DNA of 64,000 nt from Flectonema sp. DT1601 (lineage: Eukaryota). A model generated the notes under the pieces. The model searched no databases. It saw nothing but the letters and a program-made list of their open reading frames with translations, and was not told the DNA's origin. Numbering within the stretch: the stretch's first letter is position 1; the number at the start of each line of letters is the position of its first letter. The stretch lies in assembly GCA_964019425.1 (NCBI GenBank), contig OZ025788.1:682001-746000 (forward strand), given 5' to 3'. This document shows, piece by piece, positions 21,924 to 32,612 of the stretch. A program made the position numbers and the translations under genes.

Positions 21924-24900
21924 TTAGACGACAACGCGATTGTTTTCAGAAGCACCTCGGCGTCTGGATGGAGCTTCCTGTTCAGCAGGAGGCAGTTTCA
22001 CAAGCGACCCCATCAAACTCGACTGTGATTTGGTACTCGACGGTGATTTGATACTCGAATGTGATTTAAGGGACGCCTGAGACATACCTCGTCTTCTAGC
22101 AGAAGACGGCCTTGGAGCAGACAGTGTATTCGCAGAGAGGAGCGAAGTACTCAAAGGGCGATTGGTTTTACGATAAACACGCGAAGTGGTTGTCTGAGAT
22201 CTCGATCTCATCATAACAACACTATGTTCTGGTGATGTTATGCTATCCGATACAACTGGTGAATGAAATGAATTACCAGCTGATGAATTTCTAAAAGATT
22301 GATTAGACTCAACGTCAAGAAGATACTCATCATCAGTCTCAAGTACTCCCAATTCTACTCCTGGATTTAACTTCTCAGCGCTCTTTTGACGTCTGCAAAC
22401 TGCTAGTCCCCAAGTAAACCCATCGTATAGAGCTCTAATAAAACACGCTAACATACCACCCATAATAAAGAAAGTACCAATTGTTATAACAGGAGAGGTG
22501 GCTGTTTCCATACAAAATCCTATTCCCCACAATATAAGTCCGGTTGCGGGTAGAATGTTTACCACAAAGAGTAAGTGACTGAGAAACTTTGTAATACCTG
22601 GCTTCCATACGAGACACGTGATTGCCATTATTAGAAATACAACTGAAAGAGTGAAAGCCTTAAGAGCACAATGCCACCAAGTAGTTGCTTTTATTACTGT
22701 TATTAATGTGAGTGGGAGGATGCTGCCAACATCAAGAAGAAGGTATCTACCACGGGTCCAGGGACGTGCACAGAAATTGTCAAATAGCACACCCATTCTT
22801 TCACAGTGTTTATCATCAGATGTAGAAACCCACTCAATAGATCCCAGGATGTATTTTGAGAGACCAGCTCGATGGATTTCGACTGGCATTATTTCCGAAT
22901 TAAAAGCAGTATCAGACAATATATTAAAACATATCCAGTATATTCCAAAACAACAAATCACTCCAGTGACACCAATCAAGATCTTTGAAGCATCAGCTGT
23001 GTATCCGATGCACGCAAAACTACTTTCCAAGCAACCCGGTGACAGGAACAACGGAACCAACAGCGTAACTGTTGGGTAGCGAAATCGCGCCATAGCGTCT
23101 GTCAAAGAAACTTTGAAAATGTATTTGTACGCATACACTGCTGCTGTAAATAATAAATAGACACCAGTTGCGACTATCAAAAACCCAACAACGCAACCTG
23201 CTTCTTGTGAATCTCGAACACTGAAGCCTAGAGGATGGATTAACTTCGGGAGATCTACTTCACCGTCACTGCTCTCAATTAAACATTCCATGTTATCAAT
23301 TATTAAGGCTAATCGGGAAGCCAAGGAACTTGCAGGCGAGCCTCCAGCCACTAAGGTGATCGCCGAAGCCACCGCTACGGAATTACCAATTCCTACCACA
23401 GTTTTTAATGCTGACTTAGTTACAGCAGGAAGTTCGATGTTGAGACCTACTTGTTCTACAATGTCAGTTATCGAAATTGAACTGACGGTGTTAGGAACAG
23501 TTGCATTCGGCAGAGCAGTTGGAATTGATGTTGTATTGATTGGAAGAGAGGTTGGAAGCGCAGTCGGCACGGCAGTTGGAACGGCTGTTGCACGCACTGT
23601 GGTTGGAATCGCAGTCGGAATAGCTGTTGGTACCGCAGTTGGCACAGCAGTCTGAGTGGCTGGTACTGCAGTTGGTACAACGGTCGGCACAGTAGTTGGA
23701 ATGGCTGTTGGGACTGCTGTTGGCACCGCAGTTGGCACAGCAGTCTGAGTGGCTGGTACTGCAGTTGGTACAACGGTCGGCACAGTAGTTGGAATGGCTG
23801 TTGGGACTGCTGTTGGCACCGCAGTTGGCACAGCAGTTGGAATGGCCGTTGACACTGCAGTCGGAACAGCAGTAGGTACAGCAGTCGGAATAGCTGTCGG
23901 CACCGCAGTTGGAATGGCTGTTGGCACAGTAGTAGGTACCGCAGTCGGAACAGCAGTCGGTACCGCAGTTGGCACTGCAGTTGGAATGGCTGTTGGCACA
24001 GCAGTAGGTACCGCAGTTGGCACCGCAGTTGGAATGGCTGTTGGCACAGCAGTAGGTACCGCAGTTGGCACAGCAGTTGGTACAGCAGTAGGCACCGCAG
24101 TAGGTACCGCAGTTGGCACCGCAGTAGGTACCGCAGTAGGGACCGCAGTAGGGACCGCAGTTGGCAATGCAGTTGGAATGGCTGTTGGCACAGTAGTTGG
24201 TACAGCAGTAGGTACCGCAGTTGGCACTGCAGTTGGAATGGCTGTTGGCACTGCAGTTGGCACAGCAGTTGGCACTGCAGTTGGAATGGCTGTTGGCACT
24301 GCAGTTGGCACAGCAGTTGGCACTGCAGTTGGAATGGCTGTTGGCACAGCAGTTGGCACAGCAGTTGGCACAGCAGTTGGCACTGCAGTTGGCACTGCAG
24401 TTGGCACTGCAGTTGGAATGGCTGTTGGCACAGCAGTTGGTACAGCAGTAGGTACCGCAGTTGGCACTGCAGTTGGAATGGCTGTTGGCACAGCAGTTGG
24501 TACAGCAGTAGGTACCGCAGTTGGCACAGCAGTTGGCACAGCAGTTGGCACTGCAGTTGGAATGGCTGTTGGCACAGCAGTTGGTACAGCAGTAGGTACC
24601 GCAGTTGGCACTGCAGTTGGAATGGCTGTTGGCACAGCAGTTGGTACAGCAGTAGGTACCGCAGTTGGCACAGCAGTAGGTACCGCAGTTGGCACTGCAG
24701 TTGGCACTGCAGTTGGCACTGCAGTTGGCACTGCAGTTGGAATGGCTGTTGGCACAGCAGTTGGTACAGCAGTAGGTACCGCAGTTGGCACTGCAGTTGG
24801 AATGGCTGTTGGCACAGCAGTTGGTACAGCAGTAGGTACCGCAGTTGGCACAGCAGTTGGTACAGCAGTAGGTACCGCAGTTGGAATGGCTGTTGGCACA

Positions 24901-26210
24901 GCAGTTGGTACAGCAGTAGGTACCGCAGTTGGTACAGCAGTAGGTACCGCAGTTGGCACAGCAGTTGGCACTGCAGTTGGAATGGCTGTTGGCACAGCAG
25001 TTGGTACAGCAGTAGGTACCGCAGTTGGTACAGCAGTAGGTACCGCAGTTGGCACAGCAGTTGGCACTGCAGTTGGAATGGCCGTTGGCACAGCAGTAGG
25101 TACCGCAGTTGGCACTACAGTTGGCACTGCAGTTGGAATGGCTGTTGGCACAGCAGTTGGTACAGCAGTAGGTACCGCAGTTGGCACTGCAGTTGGTACA
25201 GCAGTTGGCACCGCGGTTGGTACAGCAGTTGGCACCGCGGTTGGTACAGCAGTTGGAATGGCTGTCGGAACTGCAGTTGAACCAGTGCTATATATTTTAA
25301 ATGAAGATCCACAAGAGGCATAAATGTAGTTACCATTGGCAGTTAGTCCAAGACCCTCGTCACAAGTCTGATCTGAGTAAAGTAAGGTAGGAGTAGAAGG
25401 ATTTGGAGACGTAATTTCATAGACACTAAATCCAGGATTACCTTTGTCACCAACAACTAAAAGGTTTCCAACAACGAGGATGTCTTGTATATCAACGAAT
25501 CCTCCAATTGTTGCGGACTCAGGAGGAGGAGTAGCACCTCCCGACATGTCGTAGATTCGAATAGTTGTCTTATCAGCAATATAAAGAGGACCTGGTGAAT
25601 CTTCGATAAAGACCGCCTGAGCTCTGTCTGATGCGCTGATCTTAAATAGTTTTGTAGGCCCTGCGAAGTCAATCGCAAAAGTGTCGTCAGAACAGGCAAT
25701 ATAAGCGACTGTTCCACTAATTGCGACATCTCTTCCCTCACCACTATTTGTTATATCGAAATTGTCTTGAAAATTCATGTTACCATTTGCAGCGACGTAA
25801 AATTGGCGTAGGTCACAAGTTTCATGCAGCGCAAAGAGTGCATCATTTCCAAGATACGAGGTGGTCGCCAGTGCGAGTACGTCAGTTGATGACGTTTTCA
25901 CCTTGGCAGGAGATCCGGTTAAATCTACTGAGCGAAGCTTCTTATCGTCTCCATAGAATACGAAGCTTCCGAATGCCGCGACGTCTACTGTGTCGGTTGC
26001 GAAATTTAAATTGTTACTTGTCGCCATCGCAATATTTGAAGGATTTGATATATCAACAGTAATCGCCCTAGCTCCCGAGAGAAAAGCTAACGATCCAACC
26101 ACCGTCACAGCATTCGTTTGCTGGACAAATGTATCTCTTGAACCTTCTAAGGTAATTGTGACTGAGTTCGTGACCCCTAATGCAATTAAGAAAATTACCT
26201 CCCGCAGCAT
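21924..26210 (-). CDS. Large surface protein: signal peptide, LVIVD-like beta-propeller, TAVP mucin-like stalk, multi-TM domain and Ser-rich cytoplasmic tail
   Basis: 1428-aa ORF with ITVDISNPSNI, DVAISGTVAYIA and VYEITSPNPSTP repeats, about 570 aa of (TAVP/TAIP)n, and roughly 8-9 hydrophobic segments. Confidence 0.9.
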   Translation of the reverse strand: MLREVIFLIALGVTNSVTITLEGSRDTFVQQTNAVTVVGSLAFLSGARAITVDISNPSNIAMATSNNLNFATDTVDVAAFGSFVFYGDDKKLRSVDLTGSPAKVKTSSTDVLALATTSYLGNDALFALHETCDLRQFYVAANGNMNFQDNFDITNSGEGRDVAISGTVAYIACSDDTFAIDFAGPTKLFKISASDRAQAVFIEDSPGPLYIADKTTIRIYDMSGGATPPPESATIGGFVDIQDILVVGNLLVVGDKGNPGFSVYEITSPNPSTPTLLYSDQTCDEGLGLTANGNYIYASCGSSFKIYSTGSTAVPTAIPTAVPTAVPTAVPTAVPTAVPTAVPTAVPTAVPTAVPTAIPTAVPTVVPTAVPTAVPTAIPTAVPTAVPTAVPTAVPTAVPTAVPTAVPTAIPTAVPTAVPTAVPTAVPTAVPTAVPTAVPTAIPTAVPTAVPTAVPTAVPTAVPTAVPTAIPTAVPTAVPTAVPTAVPTAIPTAVPTAVPTAVPTAVPTAVPTAVPTAVPTAVPTAVPTAIPTAVPTAVPTAVPTAVPTAIPTAVPTAVPTAVPTAVPTAVPTAVPTAIPTAVPTAVPTAVPTAVPTAIPTAVPTAVPTAVPTAVPTAVPTAVPTAIPTAVPTAVPTAVPTAIPTAVPTAVPTAVPTAIPTAVPTAVPTAVPTTVPTAIPTALPTAVPTAVPTAVPTAVPTAVPTAVPTAVPTAVPTAVPTAVPTAIPTAVPTAVPTAVPTAIPTAVPTAVPTAVPTAVPTTVPTAIPTAVPTAIPTAVPTAVPTAVSTAIPTAVPTAVPTAVPTAIPTTVPTVVPTAVPATQTAVPTAVPTAVPTAIPTTVPTVVPTAVPATQTAVPTAVPTAIPTAIPTTVRATAVPTAVPTALPTSLPINTTSIPTALPNATVPNTVSSISITDIVEQVGLNIELPAVTKSALKTVVGIGNSVAVASAITLVAGGSPASSLASRLALIIDNMECLIESSDGEVDLPKLIHPLGFSVRDSQEAGCVVGFLIVATGVYLLFTAAVYAYKYIFKVSLTDAMARFRYPTVTLLVPLFLSPGCLESSFACIGYTADASKILIGVTGVICCFGIYWICFNILSDTAFNSEIMPVEIHRAGLSKYILGSIEWVSTSDDKHCERMGVLFDNFCARPWTRGRYLLLDVGSILPLTLITVIKATTWWHCALKAFTLSVVFLIMAITCLVWKPGITKFLSHLLFVVNILPATGLILWGIGFCMETATSPVITIGTFFIMGGMLACFIRALYDGFTWGLAVCRRQKSAEKLNPGVELGVLETDDEYLLDVESNQSFRNSSAGNSFHSPVVSDSITSPEHSVVMMRSRSQTTTSRVYRKTNRPLSTSLLSANTLSAPRPSSARRRGMSQASLKSHSSIKSPSSTKSQSSLMGSLVKLPPAEQEAPSRRRGASENNRVVV
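23545..25277. repeat. 12-bp coding minisatellite (Thr-Ala-Val/Ile-Pro)n with higher-order structure
   Basis: Tandem units such as GGCACAGCAGTT, GGTACCGCAGTT and GGAATGGCTGTT, including an exact 93-bp tandem duplication around 23641-23826. Confidence 0.97.
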
Positions 26211-26778
26211 CTCTGTTGGGAAACTGTGGAAAGAAAAACTAGCTTAAACCTTGAAAGAGGGGAATAGATTTCGGCTCTCAACTGGTCCCAACTGGAACTT
26301 CATATAATAAACTCCACGAAGCTGCTGAATAATAATTGTTAAAAAGAATACTCAAACAGCTAGATCGCTATCTGTAGCAGAGTAATATCGACCACCGGGT
26401 GTAACTAAATGATTATTCCAGTTGGGTAATTTAATACTAGAATTAATTATAAAGGTAAAAATTAAAAACGCAATTTCGCCAACTAACTCCTCGAAGTTGA
26501 TGGCAAAACTGACTTCAGTACAGTCATTAAAAAAATCGCATTCACGCTGCTTAAACGGAAATTAACGGTGCGATTTTTTTTTTTTTTTTTTTTTTTTTTT
26601 TCCTTTTGGTGTATTAGTAGACAACTAAGATGGAAATTTGAACGAAGTCAGATTTTATAATCACCGACCCTGTTGTCAGATTGTTTGTCGAAGACGAGTC
26701 GGATGAGAAGGACACTTCCGATAGCATCCCCACACTCGTGTAGATAGAATACCTTCCAGTGTTTGGTTTTTATTTACT

Positions 26779-27483
26779 TTAGGCTTCCTCTTCTTCTGTT
26801 TTTTGCTGTGGTGGAAGTTCAGGTTCTTCCTTAACGTTTTCTACTGGTCTTGGGTAGGCCGCAGGATCGTCTTTATCACGAGGTCCATTAAGAACATGCA
26901 TACAATAAATATTAAAGAAAAATCCTCCTATTCTTGTAAATGGAACTCTGTGTCTTAGAGGGATTACTGTAAAGGTAAGAGTATCCATTATGAGCCAAAG
27001 AGGGAGACCTACAAGGAACATTTCCATGAATTTTGTGGGCCACTCATCGCATAAACGGTCAAAGTTACCATCTCGTAAACCCATATTCATTATAATACCT
27101 CCAGTATATATGAGTGGAGTTACTACAAAGTTATCAATCAGAACTTGTTGCCACCACGGAAGGCCCATTTGAAGTAAGTAAAAGTAACCATACTCTAAAG
27201 GACCATAAACAGATCCTATTATGCATACCCTTCCTACTCTAATCCATTCCCATCCCTGTTCTTCCACTTCTTCTTCCTCAGAGTCGAGATCTTCTTCTCT
27301 TTGTCTCTTCTCTTCAATCTTTTTCAGGGCGATCTTATTTACGGTAATCTCGCCACTCTGCGAAATCATGTCCGTGATACCCGCCGTCACAGACACCACT
27401 AAAGAAGCTTCCAAGATAGCACCGTGAACACCAGTAAATAACCAATTCATCGTACTCCCTCCCATTAGGAATGGAACAGGCAT
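26779..27483 (-). CDS. Mpv17/PMP22 family membrane protein
   Basis: TDMISQ, WIRVGR, QVLIDNFVVTP, and W...DTLTFTVIPLRHRV motifs of the Mpv17/PMP22 family. Confidence 0.85.
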   Translation of the reverse strand: MPVPFLMGGSTMNWLFTGVHGAILEASLVVSVTAGITDMISQSGEITVNKIALKKIEEKRQREEDLDSEEEEVEEQGWEWIRVGRVCIIGSVYGPLEYGYFYLLQMGLPWWQQVLIDNFVVTPLIYTGGIIMNMGLRDGNFDRLCDEWPTKFMEMFLVGLPLWLIMDTLTFTVIPLRHRVPFTRIGGFFFNIYCMHVLNGPRDKDDPAAYPRPVENVKEEPELPPQQKTEEEEA

Positions 27484-27731
27484 GGTTTGTGTGAAACTGT
27501 TTGAAAGAAAGATCCTTACAGAGTAGAAGAGAACATATTAAGATTGTAGTTAGTGGCAAGAATCAAGTTTCGAACCATCGCATCGTTGACGACGCGTCAC
27601 AAAGATTGTATTCATAAATTGTGAAGGCCACAATAATATAACAACAGAAACAATTAGTAAAAACAAGTAGCTGCGACGACTATCGGGTTAGTTTCTCAGC
27701 CGTGACGCATTACGTAGTTTGAAGTAATTGA

Positions 27732-28628
27732 TTACAAAGTGAGTTGTATTTCCATTCCGTCATATGCAAGTTCAGTTGGAGGGTTGTGAGACTCAAGAGA
27801 TTTGTTGACCGTCTCGTGATCTATTTCACAACACATTCCTGTAATGAGAGCCCTTTTAGGATTCAACGCCTTGATGACTTCAAGAGCTTCCTCCAGACAG
27901 TAATGAGAATAGTTTTTAACTTTCAGACGAAGGGAGTCAATTACTAAAACTTCAATCGAAAGGGTTTTGAGATACTCAAAAGTGTCGTCGGGAATGCTGT
28001 TGACGTCAGAGAGGTAACAAAACGATCCTTTCTTCCCAAATGCGAACCCAAGAGAAACATAACTACCTCCGTGTAATACCGGCAGTAAATGAACTGGCAT
28101 GCCATCAATTTCTGTTAACTGCAGACTGCATGGGATTTCCTGGTGGAATAAATTACCAACAACTCGTCCACCAGACTCTTCTTCATCTCTAAACATGTAT
28201 CCATAAACTTTCTTTAAATAAGAATATGTTATTCCAGTACAAAATATTGGAGTCGGGACCTGAAGTGTCCAATCGTTAATGGGCTGACTTGAGAGTTGAA
28301 CCTCTCGAAGATTATCAAAACCCCCAATAGCATCCATGTGATCATGAGTTAGTAAAACAGAACTAATTTTCATGTTTGTTGATCGATGCTCTTCCTGAGA
28401 CAACACTCGGCAAATGGAATCGTAGAAAGACTTACCGCAATCTACTAATAATCCTTTTTCTGGTTCCGTTTGCACCCAAAGTGACGGAGTTCCTCTTCGA
28501 TTCTTAGAAGTTGGATCCCGAAGTGCCGACGTGCAGACTTCACAGTTCGCTTCCTTTTGAATTACGTGCCGCAAATTTGGAAGCGCATTTGAGCAGCCTG
28601 TGCCGAGAAACACAAATTTAGCTTCCAT
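27732..28628 (-). CDS. Metallo-beta-lactamase-fold hydrolase, PhnP/YcfH-adjacent-like phosphodiesterase
   Basis: FLGTGCS, VDCG, THDHMDAIGG (HxHxD), PVLHG, YLSD, SHY and LAYDG motifs. Confidence 0.9.
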   Translation of the reverse strand: MEAKFVFLGTGCSNALPNLRHVIQKEANCEVCTSALRDPTSKNRRGTPSLWVQTEPEKGLLVDCGKSFYDSICRVLSQEEHRSTNMKISSVLLTHDHMDAIGGFDNLREVQLSSQPINDWTLQVPTPIFCTGITYSYLKKVYGYMFRDEEESGGRVVGNLFHQEIPCSLQLTEIDGMPVHLLPVLHGGSYVSLGFAFGKKGSFCYLSDVNSIPDDTFEYLKTLSIEVLVIDSLRLKVKNYSHYCLEEALEVIKALNPKRALITGMCCEIDHETVNKSLESHNPPTELAYDGMEIQLTL

Positions 28629-29264
28629 CTTATCTCAGGCTGGGGAATGAATTGAAATAAAATCCTCATTAATCATCAAACACACACAAATAATATCCAA
28701 CACGTAGGTGTATCCATAGGCCATACAGTTGGCAGGTTTGGCAACTTTGAGAGCTGCTACAAAATAAAATAAAGCAGCTGATGAAATAAGAATAGTCTCA
28801 TGCAGATCAGCGCGTACTTTCAAAGTGGTCACTAACCACATTGAGGGCTCACGGTACAAGTTAGTTAGCCGAGATGATCAGTTACCAAATAGCAGCGATT
28901 AGAAGTTACTTTTAAAGCAACTCCTCAACTTAGTAAAGATTATGAAATAATTTACTTCCCTGACAGAAGATCATTTAGGCAGCGAGTAGCTGGACGTTTC
29001 CTGCCCAATGCCTAAATGAGTCAGTAAAGGTAATTTCCAGAGACGATGTTTCGTCTTCCGAGGAAGTTAGAATCAAATTGTTAAACGAATCGTGTTCTCC
29101 GCCGAGAATCATTCTCAAGGCGATTGTTTAACAAGAAGGTTTTCTGTGTATTCGTGAGTTGAGCGATGAGATAATTATCGGAACGGAACAAAGAAATACA
29201 GCGCACTTCAAAAACACAAACAGATGCTGTTAGAGATTAGAGTAACTTTATTACTTTAATCTTT

Positions 29265-32195
29265 TTACTCTTCGAGTGGTTCTTCTCCACACGCAGTTAG
29301 CTCAACCACCTCAACTTCTTCTTCTCGGAGTTCAATTATCTCTTCTCTGGGAGAACCGCCGCTGAGTTCATTCAACGTTTCTCCTTTTTCCCCGTTCTTC
29401 AACTTTTCGATTAAGTTCCCTCTCTTTGTGTACTTCCAGTAGAGCTTCAAGAGGACGAGAAGTATGATAACAACGAAGAGTACAGAAATTATGAATCCCA
29501 TTTGGTAGCTGTCCTCATGACTAATAACAGGTGCATTAGAAGGAATAGCTGTTGGGGTTGTGGTTGGAGGCTGTGTCGGTATGGCTGTCGGAGTCGGTGT
29601 CGGCAACGGTGTCGGCATCGAAGTTTGAGGTCCACTTGTGCTAGGAATCAGAGATGGTGTTGCAGTTGGATACGGCGAAGGTTGATTAGTTTCTTGAGTG
29701 TCTGGCTCTACTACAAGTGCCTGATCATGACACTCATCACCCTCATGAAATACTACTCTGTGAGACATTAATAAACACTCATCGTGAGTCATATTTGGAA
29801 ACGCTTTTGAGTTCGCAACACAACAACCTCTCGGAGAAGTCGACAGCCAGTACGATTTTCGGTTTGGCTGTCGAGACCAAAGCTGACTAACTTGATTAGG
29901 ATAAATATCTTTAAAGCTTTCTGTGAACACCTGACAGGTAGATCCGCTGTAGGAGAAACCAACGCACTCGACTTTCTTAATAAAATGATAATCGTTGCAC
30001 CAGTCTAGACACCAGCCGAGTGAAACAAAGTCGCGAGATTCAGCTGGTTGTTGATAAACAGCAGCGAAGTAGGTTGGGCTGAAAGGAATATCTGACCGAA
30101 AGGTTTGCTGGTCTCCAACCTTTCCAGTAATATCTTCGTGTATAATGTTATCCGATAAACAACATGTTCGTGCCTGCTCGTTGAAAGTAAAAGACTTGCA
30201 TGTAGCAAGTACGCTTTCTTGAAGTAGAGTCGGTTGAGCTGCTTCACAAGACAATGCGCACGACTCCAAGTTCCCATAAGTTACATACATACACGTTGTA
30301 CTTATCACCCCGCCTATTGGAGCGTAGTAGAAATTCTCAACGTTTTTCGGAGTTACCTTCCCTTTCATCAAGTGACACGTCGTCTGAGAGCTATTCGGAT
30401 CATCGACAGTAAAAGAGAAACACTCTGGATGAGAATCACACTCTTCCGCACATTTAGTTACGTTTACTTCTCCGATTTGCTTTAATGCGAGAGACGGATT
30501 ATGAGGAAATGAATTCGATCCCGAATGCCAATATTTTCCTTCAAGACAAGGTTTGAAGTAGGTACGGAGAGGGACGCTTTCGTAATCCTTTGATAGTGTT
30601 TCCGAAACAAGGATGTCAGAGGGGAAGATGCAACGAGGCTTTAAATAACATTTAAAGGTTCCGGAAATGGTAGCGGCAAAGTTATTACAGTTCGGTATGC
30701 TATCACATTCTCTCATACAATCTTCAATTGTTCCTCCAGAGATTCCAATAACACCATCAGTCTGACCTCTAAAGGTAATTCTACTGTGAATGTAGTACTC
30801 AGATTCCCCTGCTCTATAAACAGCGTACGGCTTTTGACTATTTGGATCCGGACATTCGACATCTTCACAAGTGACGGGACAGTTTGCTACTAACATATCC
30901 CTACCAATGCTTGTGTAGTCCCACTGCTCAACTGCATCAGTACAGTTGTATCCTTTCCATCCACTACAGTCAGCTCCTCCTTCGTCAACAAACCCTCCCT
31001 GGTCTGAGCAACCGATTGTAGTGACAGAGTCACAGTCGCTACCACAAATATTCTGAACAACTAATTTATAGATGTCAGTGTGTAGAGTTCCCAAATGCCA
31101 TCCAGCAGCGGACTCCATGTTACTGGCTACCACTAGTGAGAAATCCAACTTCTTATTGTAACCAACAGACGTTTCAAATCCGTACGTCTCACCACCGTGA
31201 CCGTAGTAGCTCCCACTTTCTGGAGTTCCTTGTGGTAGTACCTGAACACCAAGACCGTATTCTCCCTGCCATGTTGCACTGCTTTCGAGAAACTGAAACT
31301 CGAGCATACTATCGATGCTTTCAGGGGAGAGAATAGACTGGCTGGCATTTCCCAGAAGGTCGTAGAAAAAGCCAGCCTGTGTTGGAGCGTCAGTAATCAA
31401 ATTACCGCAAGTCCAACCAGCTAGGGCACTCGTATTATAGACATCAATCCAATGATTTTGTTGTTGATATCCGTGGATTACTGGATTGGTAGGATCTCCG
31501 AAAGTTCTCGCAGGACCGTGTCTTGGAAATACCAGTTTCTCGTATTCAGGAAACGCAGATGACTGATCGTAAGCATCCCAGGTCTCTGCTCCTGCAACTC
31601 TTGCCAATACGAATCCTAATATCGTAAAGTGAATTGAAGAGTAAGCTCCACATGTTCCTGGATCACAACGAAGAGACTTGTTTGGAATGTAATGTAAAAT
31701 ATCAATCGGTGTGAAGTCGAGATTCGGATTAGCATTTTGCCAAACTCTTAATTGATAGTTGTCGTATTCACGTAAACCAGCTCTCATTTGTAAAAGATGT
31801 CTGACAGTAATGTTAACAGCTCTACTTCCGAATAATTGTACAAGGGAAGTACCATTCTTACTCAAATAATAATCAACATAAGGATAAACTGGTTCATCAA
31901 GTTGAAGTTTCTTACTCTCAACGAGTCTCATTATTGCAACAGACGTGTATAACTTTGTTATTGATCCGAATAGGAATCTGTGGTCTATAGTAGCAGGTAT
32001 GGACTTTTCTCCAACAAAATCAGAATATCCGACTTCTAAGTCGAACTTGTGTGTGCTGTTTACGAAACTAACTACAACCGCGTGATCATAAAAATGAGAT
32101 GAAAATGAACCAATTTTCTCTGTGATGTCTTCAACCAGTCCACCACTGCTGCCGACTACCAGAGACGCTACGAAAAGCCAAATGAATGGCTTCAT
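29265..32195 (-). CDS. Type I membrane serine hydrolase (beta-lactamase/D-peptidase family) with ShKT-like and PAN/apple domains
   Basis: Signal peptide, SITK (SxxK), ITVRHLL.MRAG, YSS and YGHGG motifs. Followed by Cys-rich C...C..C.F repeats, a Thr/Pro stalk and a C-terminal TM helix. Confidence 0.85.
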   Translation of the reverse strand: MKPFIWLFVASLVVGSSGGLVEDITEKIGSFSSHFYDHAVVVSFVNSTHKFDLEVGYSDFVGEKSIPATIDHRFLFGSITKLYTSVAIMRLVESKKLQLDEPVYPYVDYYLSKNGTSLVQLFGSRAVNITVRHLLQMRAGLREYDNYQLRVWQNANPNLDFTPIDILHYIPNKSLRCDPGTCGAYSSIHFTILGFVLARVAGAETWDAYDQSSAFPEYEKLVFPRHGPARTFGDPTNPVIHGYQQQNHWIDVYNTSALAGWTCGNLITDAPTQAGFFYDLLGNASQSILSPESIDSMLEFQFLESSATWQGEYGLGVQVLPQGTPESGSYYGHGGETYGFETSVGYNKKLDFSLVVASNMESAAGWHLGTLHTDIYKLVVQNICGSDCDSVTTIGCSDQGGFVDEGGADCSGWKGYNCTDAVEQWDYTSIGRDMLVANCPVTCEDVECPDPNSQKPYAVYRAGESEYYIHSRITFRGQTDGVIGISGGTIEDCMRECDSIPNCNNFAATISGTFKCYLKPRCIFPSDILVSETLSKDYESVPLRTYFKPCLEGKYWHSGSNSFPHNPSLALKQIGEVNVTKCAEECDSHPECFSFTVDDPNSSQTTCHLMKGKVTPKNVENFYYAPIGGVISTTCMYVTYGNLESCALSCEAAQPTLLQESVLATCKSFTFNEQARTCCLSDNIIHEDITGKVGDQQTFRSDIPFSPTYFAAVYQQPAESRDFVSLGWCLDWCNDYHFIKKVECVGFSYSGSTCQVFTESFKDIYPNQVSQLWSRQPNRKSYWLSTSPRGCCVANSKAFPNMTHDECLLMSHRVVFHEGDECHDQALVVEPDTQETNQPSPYPTATPSLIPSTSGPQTSMPTPLPTPTPTAIPTQPPTTTPTAIPSNAPVISHEDSYQMGFIISVLFVVIILLVLLKLYWKYTKRGNLIEKLKNGEKGETLNELSGGSPREEIIELREEEVEVVELTACGEEPLEE

Positions 32196-32612
32196 AGTGG
32201 TATTTTTAGCACCTGAGAGAAAGTTATTTAATACATCCAACTCAGAAAGGAGTTAGTAATGTTGTTGTTTTATTTCAATCTTCCCAAATGATAATTTCTT
32301 TTGTTTTCTTGCGTACATGATGTGTACAGCCTCTTCCTGTAAAATAATTAGTGTGAATTTCGTTAATAAAAGGATCTCTTATCCAACTGACAATGACAAA
32401 TGACAATACGTAAATATGATGGGCTCCTCTGCTGCGACTGATAACTCGATTTTGCTACTTTCCAAAAAAAGAAATAGCAACCTCCTTTCCTTCCTTCGGT
32501 TTCGTTGTTGTTCTTTGTTGCGACAACCTCAACCTGCTTCGCATGATAGCTGGTTTGAGAATCGCATCCCGACGGCAATATCAACATCCACCTTCAGCGT
32601 CTTTTAAGACGC

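Noticed and set aside
23545..25277. Regular repeat array resembling CRISPR
   Set aside because: No unique spacers; it is a 12-bp in-frame coding minisatellite in eukaryotic DNA.
23290..25323. Long plus-strand ORFs (GTAV)n and (LALQ)n
   Set aside because: Antisense and alternative-frame shadows of the TAVP repeat.
26529..26601. Inverted repeat AAAAAAATCGCA...TGCGATTTTTTT followed by poly-T, like a rho-independent terminator
   Set aside because: Eukaryotic context; most of the pairing comes from homopolymer runs.
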